Assembly: GCA_038087875.1 (NCBI GenBank) | Contig: CM075994.1 | Span: 6,636,001 to 6,700,000, forward strand | DNA: 64,000 bases | Direction: 5' to 3' | Origin: Malacoraja senta | Lineage: Eukaryota | Shown here: positions 51,886 to 64,000 of the stretch, piece by piece | Numbering within the stretch: position 1 is the stretch's first letter | Layout: every line of letters starts with the position of its first letter | Notes under the pieces: generated by a model | What the model saw: the letters and a program-made list of their open reading frames with translations, nothing else | Database searches by the model: none | What the model was told of the DNA's origin: nothing | Translations under genes and position numbers: made by a program

Positions 51886-53216
51886 CACAGTTATATCGGG
51901 CTCTCATATCTTCTTCCTGCTGGCAGGAGTGAAATGAGGAAGTCACGATGCAGCTCTTTAGGACTTTGGTTCAGGCATAATTTGGAGTATTGCATGCAAT
52001 TCTGGTCACCCCATTACAGGAAGGATGTGGAGTCTTTGGAGAGGGTGCAGAGGTGGTTTACCAAAAGCCCTGCTAGGATCAGAGAGTATTAGCTACAGGG
52101 AGAGGTTGAACAGACTTAGATTTTATAAATTCAAAGGTTATAGGAACAGATTAGGCCATTCGACCCATCAATTAGGCCATTCGACCCATCCGACTCCACC
52201 ATTCAATCATGGCTGATCTATCTCTACCTCCTAAGGGAATATCACGAGGCAACTGCTTGGCTAAAGGACTTTGCATTCGCTAAATAAAATAAGGGAATAT
52301 GTACAGAATATATATAGATGGAATATAGTGTAGCAGTTAGGCTGTGGGCCGAGCATCAAAAATGTGTCTAGAAATCAACTTTTGTGACCCATGTCTCGGA
52401 ACTACATGAAATTTTGCACAGATTTAGATAAAATATAATTGAGAAGGAAGTCATAACTCATCAGTGCCAAACGTTGCACATTAATTAATTAAAATCATTA
52501 GAAAATGAGATCGAAAAAGTAAGCGCCATCTAGTGTCCTATTTCCGTATTGCAGTCTCTTTAAACCATATATTATTATACCATCTAGATATATATATGAC
52601 TTGTCAATATGACTGTAATCATATATAATTATGTATAATTATATTATATAAAAATATAATTAATATAATTGTGTGGTTTTATTTGAATGAGACTGCTGCA
52701 GAGGTCCGGCTCTTGAACCAGCCTAAATGATGGGTGAGTGCAGTTCCTGTGGGTTCCTCCGTTTACTGAACCCCCACTGACTGCCAGTATGCAGAGTGGG
52801 GGTCACAGCCATCGTGGGACTGGGGCAGTACCAGGCTGGGGGAAGGCTAAGGCAGGAAAATGCCTAACCCTAACTCGCTCCCCTTCCAGAGCTGCCCAAG
52901 GCTGGAGCTGGAGCCGCTTTGGGACCGGCTGCAGGCTCCCTACGTGTGGCCCACCAGAGGCCCGGCCCGACGCTCACCAACCCGGCAGCCCAACGCTCAC
53001 CAACCCGGCAGCCCAACGCTCACCAACCCGGCAGCCCGACGCCCATCAACCCGGCAGAGGCCCGGCCCAACTCTCACCACCCACTGGCAGCCCAATGGCC
53101 CGTCAACCCGACCAATCCTCCACAGCATCCATCAGCCTACCGACAAGCCCGACTGATTGACTGACTGACTGACCCTAACCCTAGCTGCACATTTGTTATT
53201 TATCATTTTTAATTAA

Positions 53217-53536
53217 AACCCCCTGTCCCACGGTACGAGTTCATTCCAAGAGCTCTCCCGAGTTTGCCCTGATTCGAACTCGGAGATTTACGGTAATGGC
53301 CACTCGTCGGTACTCGGGGCTCTCGTGGACATTTTTCATCATGTTGAAAAATCTTCATGAGTCTTCCCATGCTTACCTGCCGTTAGCGAGTCTTCCCGAG
53401 TACCTACCGTTAGCGCAAAGAGACGTCCCTGAGCTCTGACGTACCCGCTATGTTAATTCTCCGTGCTTACCATGAGTTTGATTTTTTAAAACTCGGGAGA
53501 GCTCTTGGAATGAACGTGCACCGTGGGACAGGGCTA
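53217..53536. mobile_element. PIF/Harbinger-type MITE
   Basis: CCCTGTCCCACGGT.C..GTTCATTCCAAGAGCTCTCCCGAG and its reverse complement at the right end; TAA flanks. Confidence 0.82.
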
Positions 53537-53790
53537 TAACAGTTCACATTATAACTTTATCAAGATAAATAAATCGAGAAACAAAATGATCAGCAAGGTG
53601 AGCATTACCTTTATTCCTTGGAAACCTTATTATTGTTTTGATGTAATGAGGAGGCCGCCATGATCCCAGGGTCCTCGCTGCCTAGCGACCATAAAACAAA
53701 GCGCGGGATTGGTCAATTTGCATCCGACCTCAATGTCACACGTGCATTGATTGGGCAATTACTACTCAGAAAATTTGAGGTTTTTCCTCA

Positions 53791-55040
53791 TCTATATTAC
53801 TTAAATTCTGATCTTGACCACTTCCTGTTGTTCTGTATATTGATTTTAGAAAAAACGGCATCTTACTCAGAGTCCCCTTCCGCTGCGCAGGACAAAAGGA
53901 TTTTTCCCATCTATGAAAAATAAAAGAGTTATTAGTGTTTTAAAAAAGTTGAGATGCTCTCTTCTGAAGGCCACACCCCTTCCGGAAGGACTATAAAACC
54001 CAGAAGTGTTGAGTGCCTCAGTCAGTCTCTGCAAGATGGGGGAGCGAGAGGGTCACGTGCCTCAGTCTGAGCTGTGAATAACACTGATCACATGTCTACT
54101 AAACTGTGAGTAGTTTTACTAACTTGTCAGTGCCCTTAATGTGGTTTGAAAATATAGTTTCGAAATGCTAAAGCTGTGTTGCTTTTGGTTTGGAAATGCT
54201 AAAGCTGTGTTGCCTTTGGTTTGGAAATGCTAAAGCTGTATTGCCCTTAGTTTGGAAATGCTAAAGCTGTGTTGCCTAATTAAAGTTGCCTTGCCTATTA
54301 AAGTTGCTTAATTAAAGTTGCCTTGCCTAATTGAAGTTGCCTTGCCTACTATATAATTAAAATCTAATCTTGACCACTTCCTGTTTGCGCTTCATATTGA
54401 TTTTAGAAAAAAAACGCTACCACGTACGGCTGTGATTTTTGGCCATCTTACTCAGAGTCCCCCTCCGCTCATCAGGCGCCGTGGATTTTCCCATCGATGA
54501 AAATTAAAAGGGTTATAGTGTTAAAAAAATGTTGAGATTCTTCCTCCTGTCAATCATGCCATGAAGGCCACGCCCCTTCTGGTGGGAGGGGGGAGGGACT
54601 ATAAAACCCAGAAGTGTGGGCGTGGCTCAGTCTCTGCTAGATGAAGGAGGGAGATCACGACTCGCTGACTCTAGTGGCCTTGCACCCTGCTTGAAATGTT
54701 ATGAAACTGCACTTGAATTTGGTGGCCTTGCAACCTGCTTGAAATGCAATTTCAAGGAATAGTCGTGAGTCAACTGCCAGCCCACCAGCTGTGAGTGAGT
54801 GAGCTGCCAGCACAGCAGGCTTGAGTGACTGAGCCGCCAGCCCAAGAATCCATTCGGCCCACAATGTCCATACTAGCCCTCTGAAAACCAGGCCCTTCAG
54901 CCCACAACACCCATACTACCGCTCCAGAAAGCCCCCCGCACTGGCCACCAATATTGGAATTGGTGGAGAGGTGGAAAATTGCGTTGGGGGAACAGCCCTC
55001 CCGTGTGATGCTGGGACCCAACGGGTCCCACTTAGTCTAG
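53791..55040 (+). mobile_element. Non-autonomous Helitron, same double-5' subfamily as 11026-12262
   Basis: A|TCTATATTAC...TGGGACCCAACGGGTCCCA...CTAG|T. Confidence 0.9.
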
Positions 55041-55189
55041 TATTTCTTAAAAATGTGTAGATTTTGGTCTTGACGAGTTTCAGGTATGATTTATATAATA
55101 TATTTTACACAATATGTTAAAAATTTAGGTAGTTCCGTGAGTTGGGTCACGAACCTGAACGAAAAAGCTCCTCGGCCCACAGCCTAAGT

Positions 55190-56396
55190 GTGCCGTCATT
55201 CAATTTGGTAGTAAGATAAAAGTTAGACTATTTTCTAAATGGGGATGGAATCCAGAAATCAGAGATGCAAAGGGACTTGGGAGTACTGGTGCAGGATTCA
55301 CAAAAAGTTAATCTACGAGACGAATCGGTAGTAAAAAAAGCAAACTCAATACTAGCATTTATTTCAAGAGGGCTTGTATACAAAAACAGGGATGTAATGC
55401 TGAGGCTTTATAAGGCATCTCTCAGGCCACATTTAGAATATTGTGAGCAATTCTGGGCCCCATATCTGAGGAAGGATGTGCTGGCTCTGGAGAGGGTCCA
55501 GAGGATATTTACAAGAATGATCCAGGAATTAGTAGGTTAACCTAAGAATTTAGGAGATTGAGAGGGGATCTTATAGAAACTTACAAAATTCTTAAGGGGT
55601 TGGACAGGCTGGATGCAGGAAGATTGCTCCCGATGTTGGGGAAGTCCAGGACAAGGGGTCACAGCTTAAGGATAAGGGGGAAATCCTTTAAAACCGAGAT
55701 GAGAAGAACTTTTTTCACACAGAGAGTGGTGAATCTCTGGAACTCTCTGCCACAGAGGGTAGTCGAGGCCAGTTCATTGGCTATATTTAAGAGGGAGCTA
55801 GATGTGGCCCTTGTGGCTAAAGGGATCAGAGGGTATGGAGAGAAGGCAGGTATGGGATACTGAGTTGGATGATCAGCCATGATCATATTGAATGGCGGTG
55901 CAGGCTCGAAGGGCCGAATGGCCTACTCCTGCACCTAATTCCTATGTTTCTATGTTTCTATGAGCGTTTGTCGGCACTGGGCCTGTACTCACTGGAGTTT
56001 AGCAGAATGAGGGGGACCTCATTGAAACATACAGAATAGTGAAAGGCTTGGATAGAGTGGATGTGGGGAGGATGTTTCAAATAGTGGGAGAGTCTAGGAC
56101 CAGAGTTCACAGCCTCAGAATTAAAGGACGTTCTTTTAGGAAGAAGGAGATGAAGAGAAATTTCTTTAGTGGTGGTGAATCTGTGGAATTCTTTGCCACA
56201 GAAATCTGTGGCGGCCGTCAGTTGATATTTATAAGGCAGAGATAGATAGATTCTTGATTAGTACAGGTGTCAGAGGTTATGGGGAGAGGGCAGGAGAATG
56301 GGGTTAGGAGGGAGAGATAGAACAGCCATGATTGAATGGCTGAGTAGACTTGATAGGCCGAATGGCTTAATTCCACTCCTATTCCTTATGACCTTA
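55190..56396 (+). mobile_element. CR1 3' fragment with a second CR1 3' end (55545-55960) nested inside
   Basis: QRDLGVLV..LEYCEQFWAP..LERVQR, then RGDLIETYK..GYGEKAGMGY plus tail, then the host resumes with GLYSLEF. Confidence 0.85.
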
Positions 56397-57370
56397 TCAG
56401 ATATGTAAAGTTTTTTTTACACAGAAGGTGATGGGTGCCTGGAACACATTGCTGGTGGTGGAGGCAGATACGATAGTGGTGTTTAAGAAGCTTTTAGATA
56501 GGCACATGGATATGCATGGAATGGAGCGATATGGACCACGTGCAGGCAGAGGGGATTAATTTAACTTGGTTTCCTGTTCAGCAAGGACACTTGATTGTAA
56601 TCAAGTCTAGTCTTCCCACTGACCGGTTAGCACAAAACAAAAAAAACCTCGGTACATGTGACAATAAACTAAACTAAACTAAAACACAGTGGGATTTTGG
56701 GGTTGTTCCTGTACTGTACTGTTCTATGTAGGAAGGAACTGCAGATTCTGCTTATACTGAAGATAGACACAAAATAATGGAGTAACTCAGCGGGACAGGC
56801 AGCATCTCTGGAGAGAAGGAATGGGTGACGTTTCGAGTCGAGACCCTTCTTCAGATTAAAAGTCACAGGAAAGGGAAACGGAAGTGTCAAGAGTCAAGAA
56901 TGTTTTATTGTCATATGTCCCGGATGGGACAATGAAATTCTTACTTGCTGCAGCACAACAGAATATGTGAATATGTAAACATGGTATATAACGGGGGAAG
57001 AGAAAAAAAAAGAAAAAGTTCAATAAATAACAAATATAACGCAATAATAATATAGTCTTTTGCAGTTCAGAGCTCAGAGCTTATTTGTTGTTGTGTTTAA
57101 TAGCATAATGGCTGTAGGAAAGAAGCTGTTCCTGAACCTGGACGTTACAGTTTTCAGGCTCCTGTACCTTCTTCCTGATGGCAATGGTGAAATGAGTGTG
57201 TGTGGCCAAGATGGTGTGGGTCCTTGATGATTTTGGCTGCCTTTTTGAGGCTGCCTTTTTGTGTCATTTTACATGGTGTCACAGTGGTAGACTCGCGTCT
57301 CCTGTTTATCGTTTTTTCTTTTTATTCTTTGCTTTCTCCCAGTTGTTCACGTCTCCCCCCCGTTTTCATT

Positions 57371-58285
57371 ATGTCCAATTCCTGTCGTCGACCCGACATA
57401 TTGGTCTTTGACACGGACATTGTCCACCGCTGGACTGTGTTCCAGCGCGACTTTGAACATTACACACCCATCGCTCAACCTAATGCCACCCCTGCTGTGC
57501 AGGCTCACCTGCTGCTCAACCTCGCTGGCCCGGAGGCCATGGATCACTATGCTTCATTCGACTTCGCCCCCGGAGAAGACCGTCGGGACCCGGTATGTCT
57601 CATGGCTAAATTCACTGCCCTCTGTGATATCCCTACCAATAACATTATTGAACGCTTTAAATTCTTCCAGAGGCGGCAGAATCCCGGCGAGCATATTGAC
57701 GCTTTTATTGCCTCTTTGCGTCATATGGCTCGGCGCTGTCGCCTTGAAACAATCTCCACGGACGAATTGATCAGGGATGTCCTGGTCAATGGTCTCCTGA
57801 ACGCTAAGCTGCGTGACGAGCTCCTTATGAAACCTGATTTGACACTAAGGGAGGCTATGCATTCCGCTCGTATGGCCTCTGCTGTTAGCTCCGTGTCTCA
57901 ACCGGTGTCCCAGGACATTAACTTTACCGGTGCAGCTGGCCGCCGGCGAAACGCTGGTCCGCCATGACGAAACCCCGCCGCAATGCCCGCTAAGGTCACC
58001 CCACACCGTTGCCCCAATTGTAATTTTTCTTTCCACCAATTCAACGTTTGCCCCGCGCAGGGTAAGGCTTGTGATTCCTGTGGCAAACGGAACCATTTTT
58101 CGGCGGCTTGTCGGTCCCGTAATAAGCCGGTCCCTGCTCCAAGGAGGAATTTAAACAACCTTGCAGACCCTGATAGCGCGCTTGGTTATCACTACCAGTC
58201 GGACTTTGATAGGAGCTCCTCCCATGGTGATTCAACGGTGTTTTTGCTTTTGGGTGCACCTGCTACGATAACAGATCCCTCTGCA
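57371..58285 (+). pseudogene. Gypsy gag with two Zn knuckles and one in-frame stop (57965-57967)
   Basis: ERFKFFQRRQNPGE..LIRDVLVNG; CPNC...H....C and CDSCGKRNHFSAAC. Confidence 0.85.
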
Positions 58286-58286
58286 G

Positions 58287-59774
58287 ATGATGCTGCAGCT
58301 CCAGCATTTCACGTTCCGGATTGTGTACCGCAAGGGCAAAGATATGTTTGTGGCTGACACATTGTCCCGTGCGCCGCTCCCTTCAGTTGCCCGCCACCCG
58401 TATGAATCCTCTGACCTGATGGTACTGAATGTTAACATTGTTCCATCCCAGCAGATGCAGTCCCTGGTCAAACACACTGCTGATGATCCTGCCCTGCAAC
58501 AACTTGCAGACGTTATCCGCCGTGGTTGGCCTAACCGACGCTCTTCCCTGCCGGCTGGTGCCGTGCCGTACTTCCTGGTTCATGATGAACTAGTGCTACA
58601 CGACGGCGTGGTGGTGAAGGGTCACAAGGTCGTGGTGCCGGCCGCTCTGCGGGATCACTATTTTCAAACTGCACACAATGGCCACCCCGGGCTGGACGCC
58701 ACTTTGTCCCAGGCCCAGAGCCAATTCTACTGGCCAGGCATGGCTCAGGACATCCGTGACAGGGTCTCCGTTTGCGCTGCCTGTGACAGTCTCCTGCCTC
58801 ATCAGCAGCGCCAGCCCCTCCTGCAGCAGCCGGCCCCCGAGCTACCGTGGATGTATGTTGCCACGGACCTTTTCGAATGGCGTGGCAAGCATGTCCTGGT
58901 CCTGGTGGACTCATACTCCAGTTGGTTTAAGGTGGATCAGCTGCCTTCCATCACCTCTGCCGCCGTCATCGGGAAGCTTCGCCACCACTTTTGCACCTTC
59001 GGACCCCCGGTGACCCTCCAATCGGACAACGGCAGCCAGTTCTCCGGCGCCGAGTTCCGTGCCTTCGCTGCCCGTTGGAACTTTCGTCACATCACCAGCA
59101 GCCCTGAGTATCCGCAGAGCAACGGCCTTGCGGAACGTGCTGTCCGCAGTGCCAAGGAGCTGCTGGAACACTGCCGCCTTTCACATTCCGACTTCTACCT
59201 TGCCCTCCTCAACCTCCGCAACATTTCCCAACGCCTCATGTCCTGCACCACTAGACCACCTCTCCCTGTCTCGCAACAGTCCCTCAAACCCTCGGTCCAG
59301 AACCCTGCTGCTGTCACAGAGCGCACCATCGAGAAGAAAGCCATCCAGAAGCGCTCCTTTGACAAGTCGGCCCGGCCGCTTCCTTGCCTGTTCCCGGGCC
59401 AGGTGGTTCGGATGCAGTCCCCCTCCGGGCACTACAGGCTGGCCGTAGTGGTTGGTAATGCCGGCTCTCCCCGGTCATACCTCGTCGACTATGAGGGCGC
59501 TATCTACCGTCGGTCACGCCAGCACCTCCTGCTCGCCAACGAGCCTCCTCCGCCTCCCGCGGACCCGTTTCAGCCACCTATCGCTTCCATTCTGCCCGAG
59601 GCTCTGCCAGCCCCTGTCACTCCTCGCATGTCGCGGAAACTGCCCTCCCAGCTCTCTATGCCCACGCTCACAAGCCTCTTTCCCCTGCCTTGCCTGCCAG
59701 CGTGCCGTTTCACCTCGCTGTTCTCCTCCGTCTCCGGTTCGTTCCCCGCCCGGCTCTCCCACCTCTTTCCCTGA
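58287..59774 (+). CDS. Gypsy pol remnant: RNase H C-terminus plus HHCC and DD35E integrase
   Basis: YRKGKDMFVADTLSR, AHNGHPG..CAAC, ATDLF, SDNGSQF, PQSNGLAER; 35 residues from D to E. Confidence 0.88.
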   Translation: MMLQLQHFTFRIVYRKGKDMFVADTLSRAPLPSVARHPYESSDLMVLNVNIVPSQQMQSLVKHTADDPALQQLADVIRRGWPNRRSSLPAGAVPYFLVHDELVLHDGVVVKGHKVVVPAALRDHYFQTAHNGHPGLDATLSQAQSQFYWPGMAQDIRDRVSVCAACDSLLPHQQRQPLLQQPAPELPWMYVATDLFEWRGKHVLVLVDSYSSWFKVDQLPSITSAAVIGKLRHHFCTFGPPVTLQSDNGSQFSGAEFRAFAARWNFRHITSSPEYPQSNGLAERAVRSAKELLEHCRLSHSDFYLALLNLRNISQRLMSCTTRPPLPVSQQSLKPSVQNPAAVTERTIEKKAIQKRSFDKSARPLPCLFPGQVVRMQSPSGHYRLAVVVGNAGSPRSYLVDYEGAIYRRSRQHLLLANEPPPPPADPFQPPIASILPEALPAPVTPRMSRKLPSQLSMPTLTSLFPLPCLPACRFTSLFSSVSGSFPARLSHLFP

Positions 59775-60310
59775 CTCTGTCCCTTCTGCTCCTGCGGTTG
59801 AGGGGGAATGCGGTTTGCGCACCCGCTCTGGCCGGTTGGTCAAGCCGCCTGTCCGTTACGGGGAGCTCGCTTAGCTGTGCTATGACACGATTAACTGTTC
59901 CCAGCGCGGTTTGTAATCCTAGCGTATGAGCCGTGGTCGCTCTGTGTATTGCCATGTTTTTGTTTCCAAGAGGAGGGATGTAGATCAGTGCATGTTCCTT
60001 TAACTTAGTGACCTCACCACTACTAACCACTCCCCATTGTCTCTCGTATAATTGTAAGGTCCCCACCTCCAGCTCGCTCTCTAGCTCCAGTGATGACCAC
60101 GGACAGCTATTGCATAGTGTGTGTTAGTGATTATAATAAACCATCAGTAAAAGACTCTGTGTAGGAACCAAGTCATTTTACAGCGACTATGATAGATCCC
60201 TTCGATGGTGGGGAGGTCAGTGCCGGTGATGGACTGGGCAGTGGTCACAACTTTTTGTAGTCTTTTTCGCTCCTGGACGTTCAAGACAGTGATATAGAGA
60301 GATATAGAAC

Positions 60311-63300
60311 TGTCAAGCCTTCTAATGTTTTTGTGCAGATTCCCCGCTTGAAAGGGATCTGATTCATCCACCCCGAAATGATGAACTGGATTTCACTCAA
60401 TGACCAAACCACTTCTTTTCCATTTTTTTTTCTCCTTTTATTTTGGCAGATTCAGCAATTAATTGACAGTTTCACTTGATTTATTGCTTCAGCCATTACT
60501 TTGAAGGCATTTGGATGTTGTAGGTCTTAAGGTATTTAACAGTTTAGTCTTTTAGCAGGTGAAAAACTGGCTTCCAATCGGGTGCTGTAGATAATCAGTC
60601 CTGCATGCCTTCGCTGGCGATCGCGGCAGTTTTTAGGACAGTCTCTTAGATTATACTGTTCAAGTTTTTAGCCGCAAGTCAACTTCCATCTTTTCTCGCT
60701 TCCGGTGCTGTGTGCCCTTTTTTAAAGCCCCGGGCGGAACTTGGCTTATCTCCGCTTCTCTGTTCACGGTCGGGCTGACTCTGCTCCCGACCGGGCTTTC
60801 TCTGCTTTCTCCCCCCACCGGGTTGACTGTTCCCAGTTGGGCTGAAGACTCAGCCTCTTGTCGGTGGCTTTTCTGGACCTGTCCGTGGCCTTCACGGTAC
60901 TAGGCCCCCACCCGATGTCTGTGGCTGCTGCTTGAGCTTGGCAGTGGGCTTCACAGCCCTGGATACATTCCAGGTAAGGTGACACCGTGCTTGGTGACCC
61001 TTACTGCCCCTACTTGATTTCCTAGCTCTTCCCTGAGCTATTGCTTCCCGTTCCTACCTTTTTCCTTTTTGGCGCCAATTCAAAACCATTTGGCTTGGTG
61101 CTGTTCCACTTGTTTCCAAATACTACTTCTATTTTTAACTTTTGTTTTCGATTTTTCTTGCTGGCCTTGTTCTTATCTTCGTTCTTTTATCCTCGTCGCC
61201 AATTGTTGTGTATTCGGATGCTTTGAACAGTCTTGAATAAAGGCTCGGACACAGGAGGAATCATACAAGCTTCTTTACTACAGGACGCCACCTTGTCTTT
61301 TTTGCTCCTGCGTACTTGCCCCAGACATCACAAGACACCAATTACTTATCCTAATTATCCCATACCTAACACTCCTCCCCCTTTAACTTGGAGCCCGGTA
61401 ACACCAATTATATTACATACATAATACTCCTCCCCCTTTAACTTGGAGGCAGGTAATACCTTTCATTACAGTTTGACTTGACACCTCCCACTCAATCTTC
61501 CAATGGAACCACTTGGGAGATCGACGCTTTAAAGTCAAACTTTGAAGTCTAGGTTTGAACTTGGTCTCCTGATGCATTGCTGTCTTGTTCTTCTACTGGA
61601 AGCAAGACAACCAGCCGCCTAACATCCCTGTGAACAATCGTGGCTTGGATCCTCTCCTTCCCCTGAGTGGAATGCCTTGCCCTTCCTTTCAAAGCCTTTG
61701 TCAGAGGAATGGAGTAACTTTGAAAGATCCGTACATTAACGTCTCTCACGATGCCTTTGCAGTCTGGATTGGAGCTGACGACTCTGCCCAGCTTGAATTG
61801 CCCCCTCAGTGCATTTGGTCACTTAACTAGACAATGTCTCCGGCAGTGACATTTCTCTGAGTGGTGTGCCACTTGCTCCTTATAAACAAGTTAGGACCGG
61901 CGAGTTGGCTCCAGCTCTTGCAAAACTTGTTCACCTCTGACTGCATTGTTCTAAGTCTTTTGTAGGGGTAGCTGGAAAAGTCAAAAGTCTTGATGTCTCC
62001 GCACTGAGATGCTCGGCCAAGCAGAAGAGTATTTGGTGTGATGTACTGAACGCAGTCTTCCCGGCTTTGTATTCTGGCGTCGATCGGACGTTCATTTGAC
62101 AGGTTGGCTGCCATGTAAAGAGCTGTCTGAAACTCACTATAACTGAGTGACGATTCTTTTCCAAAACTTTGGAGCGCTCTCTTCACAACACGCACAGCAG
62201 CTTCCGCAGCGCCATTTCTGTGTGGAGAATCAGCAGGATGGATTTTCCACATCCACTCTGTTCCATTTTTAGCTGCGTTCTCCTCCAAAGCTGCTCTGTC
62301 CAGGTTGTCCAAAAATCTATATAGTTCCTCTAAGACTGGTTTTGTGCCAATAAAATTGGTGCCTGGATCTGACCAGATCTTCTTGGGGTGCCCACGGATT
62401 GCTGTGAATCTTTGATAAGCCATCAGAAACCCTTCACTTGATAAGGTGTTGACTAACTCTGTGTGGATGGCTCTGCTGGCCATACAGCAGAAGACAACTC
62501 CCCAGACTTTGAGTTTTACCCTCTTCTTGACGTCATCGTGTACGTGGTAGGGTCCAAAGAGGTCTACTGTTGTATACTCAAAAGGAGCAGCAGGTTCAGT
62601 TCTTTCAGGCGGCAGAACTCATTATTTGTTGACATTTCTTTGCCTTTGCTTTCTTGCAGATTATGCAGTGATCAACGACTTTTTGAGCAATTCTCCTTCC
62701 TTTTATGACCCAAGCCTTTCCTCTCATTTTAAGCAAGGTCCCAGCCACTCGGTCATGACTCTCCCTGTGAGCCTCCCGAGCTAGCAGCATGGACACCCAG
62801 GCATCAACGGGCAGGATGGGAACAGCACCTTTATCTTCTTCAAAGCTCTGCACTCTGCCACACAAACCATCAGCCCAGAATCTTGGTCTTTATAGGCTAC
62901 CAGTCGATCTGTTGTGGTGCTTGGGAAAGTTGTGTCCAATTGCGCAGCACAAAACATGTCTTTTAGAGCATTTTCTCGTTCTCTTACTGTAATGACTCCT
63001 GTCAAAGAGATGGCCTCCCACTTTGGATAGTTTAGGGCTTTTTCCCTGCCAAGAAACCTCTTCGCTGCTCTCCAAATCCATGCGACTGTCTTGATCAGTC
63101 GAGTTAGAATGCTGAGCCGCTTGACATCAACAAGGTTCTGAATAGCTGACCCTGCAGGTGGTCTCTTTGGGTTTGTGGGTTCCGGTTCTTGTTTCTCTAC
63201 TTTGGCTCTTGATAGTGCTGCAACAAAAGCTTTCTTCTGTAACTTTTCGATGTTCTCTCTGGCAGTGGCAGCCAGTTCCTTAGCTGATTTTATTGGCCAC

Positions 63301-64000
63301 TCACTCACAGGCAACACCAGAAACTTCGGTCCATTTTGCCACTCCGAATACTGATCAAGGTCTTGAGGGCTGGCACCTCTGGTGATTACATCAGCGATGT
63401 TTTGTGGGCCAGGAATCCACCGCCAGTCCTGAATGTTGGTGCTTGTTTGAATCTCTCCAATCCGATTGGCGAAGAATGTCTGAAATCCGTAGCTTTCTCG
63501 CTGTATTGCACCAAGGATTGTTTGGCTATCCACAAGATGATACCACTTCTCCACTTGAATTCGACTGTGTAGCTCGAAATACTTCCTCAAGCGTGAGGCG
63601 AACACTGCTCCGCACATCTCTGCTTTAACAGCGTCTCCTCTGTGGTCCAAGGGAGTTAACTTGGCCTTGGATTCCACAAGTCTGACAATTGGGCCATGGT
63701 CTGAATCCCATCTCGGGTACATCACCGCCCCGTAGGTGTGCTCACTTCCGTCAGAAAAGGTGATCCCCAAGGGTTCAGTTGCGGAGCAAGAGGGAGTCAG
63801 TACCCTGACGAACTTGACTTTTCCAAGTTGTACATACTCTTCAAAGAGCTTAATTGCATCCTCCCTGAGTCCATATGAGAATGCCATGTCCCATGTGTCT
63901 CTGACCGAACAACTTCCCTCTTTTGCTTCTTGGAAAGCTCTGCGTACTAGAATCGCCCCCTTTTGCTTAACAGGAGCCACTATGCCGATGGGGTCATATA
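60311..64000 (-). mobile_element. BEL/Pao LTR retrotransposon 3' half (runs off the window) with 1173-bp 3' LTR at 60311-61483
   Basis: Minus-strand PPT GAGTGGGAGG followed by TGTCAAG...CTTGACA LTR termini; pol lies upstream. Confidence 0.88.
61549..64000 (-). pseudogene. BEL/Pao pol (RNase H, integrase, C-terminal domain), frameshifted
   Basis: FSDGS...YGAV, SKAKLTP, DSQ, FFANRIGEI, NIADVITRG, H...H/C..C, DLFGP, WSDPGTNF, NGAAEA.V, SKW..GDIV; frame breaks near 62865, 62625 and 61827. Confidence 0.9.

Larger units (their letters stand above)
52338..55186. mobile_element. TIR element hosting a 22-bp minisatellite, a Harbinger MITE and a Helitron
   Basis: TAGGCTGTGGGCCGAG...CTCGGCCCACAGCCTA, with subterminal GTGACCCA..CGGAACTAC mirrored; ACGCTCACCAACCCGGCAGCCC about x4 at 52969-53056. 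Confidence 0.75.
57263..60182 (+). mobile_element. Gypsy (Mag/K02A2.6-like) LTR retrotransposon, internally deleted
   Basis: 11-bp 5' LTR remnant, PBS TGGTGTCACAGTGG at 57274-57287, gag, integrase, PPT AAGAGGAGGGA at 59968-59978, 3' LTR TG...CA at 59979-60182. Confidence 0.92.

Noticed and set aside
58287..59774. Domesticated integrase host gene
   Set aside because: Embedded between PBS, gag, PPT and LTR; the ORF start is a deletion product and its C-terminus appears frameshifted
60712..61424. Short ORFs as a possible env or accessory gene of the BEL element
   Set aside because: They lie inside the inferred LTR, are under 75 aa and carry no recognisable motifs

Overview
Repeat-dense vertebrate genomic DNA, inferred to be a cartilaginous fish (probably a skate or ray) from the HE1/V-SINE-like, CR1 and Neptune/Penelope repeats and the TRIM exon style. 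It is not prokaryotic, and most ORF-track entries are spurious or transposon-derived. Two convergent TRIM E3-ligase genes are present. On + lies the 3' half of a TRIM39/A33-like gene (234, 23 and 119 nt exons plus a PRY/SPRY exon with two 1-bp frameshifts, 1757-8981). On - lies the 5' half of a divergent RING/B-box/coiled-coil TRIM (399, 96 and 234 nt coding exons, 42616-22821), whose B-box lacks its last two His ligands and whose 3' end is unresolved near a 200-N gap. The rest is mobile DNA: CR1, Rex/Babar, Tx1-like L1 and Penelope retroelements, tRNA-derived SINEs, Harbinger-type MITEs, non-autonomous Helitrons, a Gypsy element lacking PR/RT, and a BEL/Pao element. The most notable structures are (1) a 2.5-kb-arm inverted duplication (44420-50069) holding two dead Passport-like Tc1 elements as a natural sandwich, (2) many minimal hammerhead-ribozyme cores in Penelope terminal repeats, some tandem and some head-to-head, and (3) three-level nested DNA transposons. 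No wholly new protein-coding system is supported. All calls were made by eye, without database searches.
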